Of a stretch of DNA of 45,208 nt, positions 36,822 through 45,208 are shown piece by piece. The translations under genes were made by a program, and so were the position numbers. This stretch comes from Octopus sinensis. Taxonomy: Eukaryota. Location of the stretch: contig NW_021834798.1 of the NCBI RefSeq assembly GCF_006345805.1, forward strand, positions 1-45,208. The letters are read 5' to 3'. Every line of letters starts with the position of its first letter. The first letter of the stretch is position 1. Below the pieces are notes generated by a model. It saw only the letters and a list, made by a program, of their open reading frames with translations. It did no database searches and had not been told where the DNA came from.

Positions 36822-37077
36822 GTGTGTGTGTGTGTGTGTGTGTATGCGTGTGTGTATGCGTGTGTGTGTGTGTACGTGTATAAATGTATGAATAGATATA
36901 GATATAGATGCGTGTGTTGTGTGTATGTATGCATGTGTGTGTATCTATGTGTGTATTATCTATCTCTCAATCTACGTATTATCCATCTAGCTATTTAGCT
37001 ATAAATATCGATTTCATATCGATATATATATATATATGTATGTGTGTGTAAATGTATATATGCATGTTTTTTTTTCA

Positions 37078-37137
37078 TTCTTTTACTCTTTTACACGTTT
37101 CAGCCCAAAGCCCGTGGCCAGGCTGGAGCACCACCGG
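37078..37137 (-). mobile_element. SINE family A tail fragment
   Basis: ttttactcttttacacgtttcagc..gctggagcaccacc. Confidence 0.65.
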
Positions 37138-37324
37138 TATGTGCGCACATATATATATATAAATTTATATAAATAAGGATAAGACCGTTAATTAAAATAC
37201 CGATCTTATCAGGTGGCCATATGTATGTGTACGTTCGTATAGTGTAAGTATTCGTATATTGTATATATAATATAATATATATATATATATATATTATATT
37301 TGGTATTATGAGCTATCTGCGTAT

Positions 37325-37383
37325 ATTCCACTGATGAAGGCAAAGTATTTCTTATGCAGAGTCAGAAATCCGGGATCTGAAAT
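37325..37383 (+). ncRNA. Type-I hammerhead ribozyme motif in a Penelope-like fragment (family P4, ~37255-37460)
   Basis: ATTCCA-CTGATGA-A-GGC..GTC-A-GAAA-TCCGGGA-T-C-TGAAAT: helix I ATTCCA/TGAAAT (1 mismatch), near-palindromic helix III ATCC-G-GGAT, weak helix II. Confidence 0.6.
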
Positions 37384-37489
37384 TATCCAGTAATTTTTTG
37401 CTAGTTTATTTTGTCTCTTTGTCTTCTCTCCTGGTGCTCTATGAACATTTAATGTGGCTTTATAGTCAAATTTTGGCTGCTATATCTAG

Positions 37490-37760
37490 CATGGAGGTAT
37501 CTTTTCGTCAATCTCAAGATGTGACTGGTATTTTATTTTAGAGGTAAGGCAAAGTTGATCTCGGTGTGCAGATCACCTCGGAGACACAACAGATCCGGCA
37601 AAACGTTTTTTTCCCAACGTTCTAACAATTCTGCCAGATCATTTTATTTATATTAATAAGCTCAGCAATTTTAACTGGAGGGGTTGAAATAACATCGAAC
37701 CCAGTACTCCACTGGTACTTTATCCCGGTGGTTGAAAGGCAACATCATACTCAGAATGAA
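37490..37760 (-). mobile_element. Two degenerate SINE family B fragments
   Basis: aaggcaaagttgatctcgg and acatcgaacccagtactccactggtacttt..gaaaggcaa. Confidence 0.55.
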
Positions 37761-37857
37761 GAGAGCTAGAAATCTGTCACCTTTATATTGTTTCTAATGT
37801 ACGTACAAGGCTATGGAAGGTTTAGTTGATTAGATCGATCCCAATGTTTCAATGAAG

Positions 37858-38156
37858 TGGAGGCGCATGGCCTAGTGGATAGAGCAGCGGACTCGCGGTC
37901 GAGGTATCGCGGGTTTGAATCTCAGACCGAGCAATGAGTATGTTTATGAGCAAAACAACTAAGCTTTATACAGTTCCGGCAGAATGTGATGGCGAAACTT
38001 CTGCTGACTCTTTCGCCACAACTATCACTCTTTCCTCCTGCATCTAGCAGCTCACCTGCAACGGAAAAGCGTCCCGTCCAGGTGGAGACCAATACGGTAA
38101 TGAAACCGAGAAACCGACCTTTATGAGCCAGGCATCGCGCTAGAAGGAACAAACAA
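37858..38156 (+). mobile_element. tRNA(Arg)-like SINE family D
   Basis: TGGAGGCGCATGGCCTAGTGGATAGAGCAGCGGACTCGCGGTCGAGG..GGGTTTGAATCTC head; 3' module gcgtcccgtccagg..gaaaccgagaaaccg..atgagcc shared with family C. Confidence 0.85.
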
Positions 38157-39240
38157 TGTTTCAGTAGTACTCTATTACATCGAAATGAAAGGTAAAAAGT
38201 ACTTCATTGGTATTTGAACTCGTAGCATAAAGATTTGGAACATATACCCCACAAAGTATTTTGTCTGAGACACTGACGATTCTGCCAAACGACAGCGTTT
38301 ACAATAATTATTAAGAGTCTCGCTCGTATTCTTCTTTTTATTTCCTGGACTAAGAACTACACAAAGTGTTTCTTTTCGCATTTCAATTGTCTTGCAAACA
38401 ACTTGCACATGCAAGTGCTACCAGTTAAAAGCTCCGTATATCGAAAGCTAGCAAGTGTATGGGGTCATCAGGAGAGAATGCGCGCCGTTTCGGGGCCTAC
38501 CTCTCGACGGCATCAATGTTCTGTCTGATATGAGGCCCCGCTTGCTAGATCAGCTGGTTATGAAGAACTCAATATACTTGGGAAAACATGCCTAAAAGTT
38601 ATATCTGAAATGACATGTGGGAATGAGGTGCTGTGAATAAGATTTAAAATTACTCAGAACAGAGAGGGAACTGATTTTGCATCTAGTGTATATGAAAATG
38701 CTAAAATATCTACATTACTATGGATGAAATACACAGTGCTTATATAGAACGCGTATACTACATAAAAAATGTTCAAGATATTATATTCTGTGTGAGAAAT
38801 ACTCTAACAATAATTCTAGATTCTCGTATTCCGATTTCCGGGACTTGCGTATGTACATTCTTATTCGTAAAACTGTTGTGTATCATTCCAGTTGTACAAT
38901 TTGCAAATGGAATGATAGATACATTCCTACACAACCCCGTTTTTAATTAAAAAACATTCTTTGGCTTACAACATTAAGTGTGTTAGTCCCTACTTGACAT
39001 TTAATTAAATAGCTAGTTGGGTGTAATTGCTTAGCTTTTCTGCTCACCGCTAAACGTTACAGTTTCAGCTCTCTGCTACGTAAAGTTAGAATTTCAGCTA
39101 ACAGCTATTCAACGTTAGAGTGCGTTGCTATTATTACGCGTGTTACTAATATACTACTATCAATTTTGTTATGCAAAATTATATCATTCTTATCCTCTTT
39201 TTACTGATGTTCTGTATGCGAAAATTTACAATATTTTCTC

Positions 39241-39743
39241 AGGCGCAGGAGTAGCTGTGTGGTAAGTAGCTTGCTAACCAACCACATGGTTCCGGGTTCA
39301 GTCCCACTGCGTGGCATCTTGGGCAAGTGTCCTCTGCTATAGCTCCGTGCCGACCAATGCCTTGTGAGTGGATTTGGTAGACGGAAACTAAAAGAAGCCT
39401 GTTGTATGTATGTATGTATGTATGTATGTATGTATGTATGTATGTAGTATGTATGTATGTATGTATGTTATGTATGTATGTATGTATGTATGTATGTATG
39501 TATGTATGTATGTATGTATGTATGTATGTATGTATGTATGTATGTATGTATGTATGTATGTATGTATGATGTATGTATGTATGTATGTATGTATGTATGT
39601 AGTATGTATGTATGTATGTATGTATGTATGTATGTATATGTAGTATGTATGTAGTATGTATGTATGTTATGTATGTATGTATGTATGTATGTATGTATGT
39701 ATGTATGTATGTATGTATGTATGTATGTATGTATGTATGTATG

Positions 39744-39780
<37 letters not shown>

Positions 39781-40066
39781 TGTGTGTGGGTGTATGTGTG
39801 TGTGTGTGTATGTGTGTGTAGTGTGTATGTGTGTATGTATGTATGTATGTATGTATGTAGTGAGTGTGTTTGTGTGTTTGTGTTTGTCCCCCTAGCATTG
39901 CTTGACAACAGATGCTGGTGTGTTTACGTCCCCGTCACTTAGAGACCGATAGAATAAGTACTGGCCTTACAAAAGAATAAGTCCCGGGGTCGATTTGCTC
40001 GACTAAAGGCGGTGCTCCAGCATGGCCGCAGTCAAATGACTGAAACAAGTAAAAGAGTAAAAGAGA
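39241..40066 (+). mobile_element. SINE family A, full length, with a ~470-bp internal (TATG)n/(TG)n expansion
   Basis: Head aggcgcaggagtagctgtgtggtaag at 39241, 3' half from ~39870, tail gtaaaagagtaaaagag. Confidence 0.92.
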
Positions 40067-40499
40067 GAGAGAGAGAGAGACAGAGAGTAATGCCGTTTTC
40101 TAAGAGAGATGGAAACTCAAATATGTGCAACATCCAGTAGTTGGCTTGTATATATATCTTTTACTCGCAAGGATTTTAAACTGGCTGACCAGGAATAGAT
40201 GAAGCAATGTCACCAAGTTGCTTTTTTCATGCATGCTCTGTTGGAGATAATGGAGGACATACTAATGTTGAAGGAATTTTGGAACCTATGGAGATTCTCT
40301 TTAATATGTCACGTAGGATATGTGGTTTCTCTATAGAGATCGTGATCGTTGTTGTTTCTGCTCCTCTCTTCCAGATAGGATTAGTTATTTCAAACCTAGG
40401 ACACATACACACATACATACATACATACATACATACATACATACATACATACATACATACATACATACATACATAATAATATATATATATATATAGATC

Positions 40500-40710
40500 G
40501 CCACGTTGATTCGCTAGCCTCTGCACGCATTTTTTTTCTCTCCTTGTTTCTTTCTGTGTTTCTTTCCTGTGTATCTTTCTGTTGAAGAGCGTAGGCTCGA
40601 AACGTAAAAGACTTGTTTTATTTATATTCCTGAGTGCCATACTAATACAATTGTTTGTTTGTACTCCACCTACCTTCGTCTTTTGTTTATTTTCATAAAG
40701 CTTCCCGTTA
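40500..40710 (+). mobile_element. Penelope-like terminal-repeat fragment (family P2), ending in (TA)n
   Basis: Hammerhead motif followed by cctgagtgccatactaata, resembling P1 (cctgagcgtccaataata). Confidence 0.6.
40574..40611 (+). ncRNA. Minimal type-I hammerhead motif (A6U variant)
   Basis: TCTTT-CTGTTGA-A-GAGC(gtag)GCTC-GAAA-CG-T-A-AAAGA: 5-bp helix I, helix II GAGC/GCTC, palindromic helix III ACGT. Confidence 0.65.
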
Positions 40711-40714
40711 TATA

Positions 40715-40875
40715 TATATATATATAAATTTATAAATGAGGGTGAAAAATTTGATATTAATTTAATAATACCATCAATTTAACACCAAGTGGCTTAGCAC
40801 ATAAAAACCAGGGATACAATACAAATTTATACATAAATATGAGAGAGTGACCACTATGTGGTCTACTCTAGTGCT
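40715..40875. mobile_element. Dispersed repeat related to 23885-24030
   Basis: Shared aaaaatt.gatatta..tcaatttaa.acca.gtgg.ttagca..tgaccacta.gtgg. Confidence 0.6.
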
Positions 40876-41299
40876 AAATATATATATATATATATACATA
40901 TATATACAAATATACATATATATACAAATATGCATATATATATAAATATACATATACGAACATGCAAGTATGTTTCAAGTGTGAAAACTACTTCGCTGAC
41001 GAGATCAGAAAAAGACCAAAACGTGTGTTTCAGTAAATAATTTGTTCCACGTACTTAATAAAAAAATTGAAAATAATATTTAATTGATTCATATCATTTG
41101 ATGACTTGTTCGATAACGATTTTTTTTTTCTACTTCTAGTATTTTTATGTTTTATGCGTTAATTATGTTTTATTCAAAAGATATAAATGGTCAGGCTGTC
41201 ATCTTTAGTTCACCATTATTACATCTGTGACCTCGCGATCACATACGCCATTCAGAGCACCATGTGTTACATTATAGGTAAAGCCTCTGTATTCGCACA

Positions 41300-41331
41300 C
41301 ACTGCTACTACAACAACTACTACTACTACTG

Positions 41332-41362
<31 letters not shown>

Positions 41363-41702
41363 ACTAATACTACAACCACCACCACCACCACTACTACTAC
41401 TACAACTACTAATACTACCACCACCACCACCACCACACCACCAGCACCACCACTACTACTACTACTACCGCCACCAACAACACCAACAACACCACCATCA
41501 TTATCACTAGTACCACTACTGCCACCACCACGTCACTAGCTCTGCTACTACCACCACTACCACCACCATTACTGCCACCACCACTACCATCGCTAGTACT
41601 ACTACCATCACTACAACATCGCTAGTAGTATCACTATCACCACTACCACCACCACCACCACCACTACCACCACCACCACTACTATTACTACTACTACTAC
41701 AA
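41300..41702. repeat. (CTA)n/(CCA)n/(CAA) microsatellite
   Basis: Direct repeats. Confidence 0.95.
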
Positions 41703-42299
41703 GACACCAGCATAAACAGCGGCACATACGTGACTGCTGCATATGTTGATATTTAGCAGGTGTGAGTATTCCATCCATGATCATCCCATCTAACTGTATG
41801 GAGTTCATTTAGTCCGATCCATACTTTAAAGTCTGTCATTTGAAAGAGATTGGCTGCTGTTTCTAATAGCTCGAGAGACCACGTAGATACTCCCTCCCTG
41901 ACTGACATCTTTTAGTTCGTTCATTGAAAGCGTGCAAATTATTAGAAATATCTGTCGTAAACGTTCATGACATTTATAATGAATTATTATGAATACTATG
42001 AACATATGTAATAAATTACACGTTACCTAATACTTTATTCATAATCAATAGATGAATATATTAAATATATATTTTGATTATTTAGTCGGGTGTACGATAT
42101 AGGAAGGAACACAAATGTGTTATTAAACGCTTCGCCGATTGCAGACAAAAGCAATTATTATAATGACGCACCATATACTAACAAACAATTATTATTTTCT
42201 GTTCGCTATATTATTTCATTTTATTGCAGGTATAGTGAATGAGAACCACCTGATGAATGAATTTATTTAAATCATTCATTTCGGATTGTATCGTGAAGA

Positions 42300-42650
42300 A
42301 CTACGGTTAAAAAGTCTTAGTAAGACAAGATTCGAAATGCCATTATCCCAGAGAAAGACAGGAAGAGGCAGTGGCAAACCTGAAACTTCGCTGACTTTTG
42401 GGTATGTCCAAAAAAAGAAACAAAAAAAAAGAGAAAGAAAAGGGGTAAAAACAGAGAGAACTTGGTCACCATGTCAAATAATATACTCACAGCTGACAAG
42501 CAGTACTAGAAATCCGAGCAGACTCCCAGCTGAGAGACGAAATTGTGGTTAAACACGACAGGAGAATATATCGTACACTGATCTTCACAGCTGGATCACA
42601 GCGGATGAGGACAGAAACCTGTGGTAGAGGCCGATTCACATTGACTCGAA
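42300..42650 (+). pseudogene. Decayed RTE-like LINE C-terminal region
   Basis: Cross-frame DKIRNAII..KLR*FGYVQK..RTW..EDRNLW resembles the RTE-clade C-terminal pattern DRIRNE..LRWFGHV..GRP..TW..DR..W. Confidence 0.5.
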
Positions 42651-42857
42651 ATTATACATATGGATACTCATCGTAGATGTCGACGGGAAGCCGGTGGGGG
42701 TAATGATGGCGGCGACGACAACGACGACGACTATGGTGATGATGATGATGATGGCATGATGAGGAGGAGGACGTTGCCGATGATGAAGATAAAGAGGAAG
42801 AGAAATATGGTGATGATGACAGTCCATGTGTAATACTTATAATTGATTGCTGGACAA

Positions 42858-42920
42858 AATACCTTCTGCTCTTCGATTTCGCCCATTTTTCTGAGTTCAA
42901 TTCCCGCAGAGGTCGATTAG
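42858..42920 (+). mobile_element. SINE family B fragment
   Basis: ttttctgagttcaattcccgcagaggtcga. Confidence 0.5.
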
Positions 42921-43058
42921 AACCAAGCTCTCTAAGTTTTGAAGGCGATTTCAAAACGTATTCCAGCTTTAATCCTGAGATCTTCCCTAATTCTTTACCG
43001 CCATGAAGAACGGTAAAGTTGATCACACGCGACATAAAGTCATTATCATCGACGTATA

Positions 43059-43090
<32 letters not shown>

Positions 43091-43140
43091 ACAACAACAA
43101 CAACAACAAAAACAAGAGTATAATAAAAAAGAAATAATAA

Positions 43141-43517
43141 GATCACAGAAAATATATACTTTCTAATCGATGTATCAATACCAATAGATGACAATAGAGA
43201 AACTTTCAAAATACGAAGATCTGGAAAAAGATATAACTTGAACGTGGAGCCTAAAAACATAAACAATTCCTATTATAATAGGTGCAGTAGCTATGTTAAA
43301 AAGAAAAAATAATAAAGATAAATATATAACAAAATCACCAGGACTTACAAGTATATATAGCATACAGAAAATAGCACTACTAAGCATCGCGCACATCCTA
43401 TGTGCAACACTTTCAATACAGTGAAAATAAGAGCACCACAACAAACCACAGCACATACCCAAGGCACACAGAGCGGCGCTCGGTAGTGCAGTGGGAGCAG
43501 TGAAAAAGATATAACTA

Positions 43518-43520
<3 letters not shown>
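43141..43520 (+). mobile_element. 5'-truncated R4/Dong-like 3' end followed by (AAT)n
   Basis: FLIDVSIPIDDN..SKYEDLEKDI..TIPIIIGAV..IQKIALLSIAHIL..SIQ* (TGA 43422-43424), a ~95-nt 3'UTR with a hairpin, then (AAT)n at 43521-43607. Confidence 0.8.
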
Positions 43521-43609
<89 letters not shown>

Positions 43610-43769
43610 GAAGAAGAAGACTATTAATAATAATTGTTTATTGGATATAGAGGCCCCACATATGAATTATTTCATACAAAATTATTCCCAACAGACATGT
43701 TGCTTTTTACATTATACATTAAATGTAGGAGGGTCAAAAATATACAACACAACATGTAACAGATTAATA

Positions 43770-44120
43770 TCAGGTCATCCCATAAATTCTGTCCTATTTT
43801 ACCTTTTTTAAAACTGAATGAAATTTAATAGTATTTTAGAATGTCTAATGGAATTAAAAATTATTTTTATGCATTTGTGTACATTTAAACTAATTAAATA
43901 TTATTTTACAGAACAATAGAATTAAAATTTCTTTGATTGAAACCCTTTCTAACATGGAAGCATCCGAAGAGCATTTAAGGCACATAATACTTTATGTGTA
44001 CAAAAAAAGGAAACTCTGGAGCCGAAGCGACTCGAAACATTCATTCAGTTTATGGGAAAGAACTTGCAGAAGATGGTTTGCAAAATTCAGAAGTGGAGAT
44101 TTCAGCCTTGAAGTTGAAGA
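43770..44120 (+). mobile_element. Mariner left end (TIR and transposase N-terminus), truncated by a SINE
   Basis: TA-TCAGGTCATCCCATAAATTCTGTCCTATTTT resembles the 25248 TIR; ATG at 43954 MEASEEHLRHIILYVYKKGNSGAEATRNIHSVYG..RTCRRWFAKFRSGDFSLEVEDR across a frameshift. Confidence 0.85.
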
Positions 44121-44127
44121 TCGAACA

Positions 44128-44167
<40 letters not shown>

Positions 44168-44263
44168 CGACGGTATTCTTTCAGTTTCCGTCTATCAACT
44201 TCACTCACAAGGCTTTGGTTGACCCCAAGCTATAGTGGAAGACATTTCCCCAGCGTACCATGC
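44121..44263 (-). mobile_element. SINE family A middle fragment
   Basis: (CA)n then tacgacggtattctttcagtttccgtctatc..agctatagtggaagac. Confidence 0.8.
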
Positions 44264-44269
44264 AGATGT

Positions 44270-44560
44270 CCGAGATGAGTGAAAGACAAACGTAACCTCG
44301 GGAAGATTTGAACTCGGAACGTAAAATAACAGAATAAATGCCGTAAGTATTTTCCTGGGGCTTTTTAGGCTCAAAGACAAAGTTGACGGGAATAGATTAG
44401 ACGGTACCACCAACCTTAGTATTTAATGAGTAATTTATTTAATCAACCACGAAAGGTGAAAAGCAAAGTTGAGTCCAGCGGGATTTGAACTCAGAACGTA
44501 AACAACCACAAGAAATAATGCAAGGCTTTTTCTTCCATGCTCTAACAATTCTGGCAACGC
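44270..44560 (-). mobile_element. Two degenerate SINE family B fragments
   Basis: atttgaactcggaacgtaa and gcgggatttgaactcagaacgtaa. Confidence 0.6.
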
Positions 44561-44939
44561 GCCATATTACAAACCCATGTATTTTCAAATATAATCCACT
44601 CTATCCAATCAAGCAGATAACCTTACAGAGTTTATAACAAACCTCCCATCTTTAATAAGGGACATGGAAAGCATAAACACTATAAACTATAGAACTTTCA
44701 CATTGTCATGTTTGAAATATAAGTTTCAATTTGATATTAAGGTTTTCTAGAATGCATTCTGTATTCCGATATAATTGAAACAGATTTTCTTACAACTCAT
44801 TCTACCACTGCCCTTCGCTTCCTTCTTCCTCCTTTTTTTCTCTTCACGCCATTCTTCACAGACTTCTTTGCTAGCCGCTTTTCTTTAAACATAAATAATG
44901 GCACCATTCTTTCCAATAAGAGAAATTTTACAATTCTTA

Positions 44940-45050
44940 TTATTATACTTCTTCTTCTACTTCTTCTTCTTCTTCTTCTTCTTTTCTCTTTTCTTTTCGT
45001 CTTATTCTTTTCTTCTTCTTCTTATTATTATGATTATTATTATATTATTA

Positions 45051-45087
<37 letters not shown>

Positions 45088-45172
45088 TTATTATTATTAT
45101 TATCATTATTATTATTATTATCTTATTATTATTATTATTATATTATTATTATTATCATTATTATCATTATTA

Positions 45173-45208
<36 letters not shown>
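44940..45208. repeat. (TTC)n then (ATT)n microsatellite running to the window end
   Basis: Direct repeats. Confidence 0.95.

Noticed and set aside
37858-37935. tRNA-Arg gene
   Set aside because: No intact cloverleaf, and it continues into a SINE body shared with 20592-20851; the other A/B-box hits are also SINE heads
42215-42272. Terminal coding exon after the ttcattttattgcag acceptor
   Set aside because: All frames stop within 13 codons and the downstream sequence looks like a decayed LINE
42246-42290. CTGATGA followed by a hairpin as a hammerhead
   Set aside because: No GAAA after the stem and no helix I or III

Overview
AT-rich, microsatellite-saturated animal genomic DNA. The SINE families and repeat landscape suggest an octopus or other coleoid cephalopod intron or intergenic region (inference, not searched). 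No intact host protein-coding gene is recognisable; nearly all ORFs in the supplied track are translations of simple repeats. Identifiable content: (i) a ~3.1 kb 5'-truncated R4/Dong-type non-LTR retrotransposon (RT plus REL endonuclease, minus strand, 27221-30330) inside a (TAA)n tract. It has about a dozen frame breaks, mostly 1-bp losses at base runs, and no nonsense substitution that I could find. Two shorter remnants of a related family are also present. (ii) Four mariner transposase remnants, one an internally deleted copy with intact 30-bp TIRs and TA TSDs. (iii) More than 25 copies or fragments of four tRNA-derived SINE families, including a TSD-flanked 183-bp trimer nested in an older copy. 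(iv) A decayed RTE-like LINE end. (v) At least six minimal type-I hammerhead ribozyme motifs, plus degraded ones, in several unrelated Penelope-like terminal-repeat fragments. One fragment has an inverted partner that starts at the predicted self-cleavage site, and one 185-bp palindrome is built from two back-to-back hammerhead units. The hammerheads and the strand-specific (TAA)n landing pad are the most interesting signals. All calls are by eye, with no database search or folding software.
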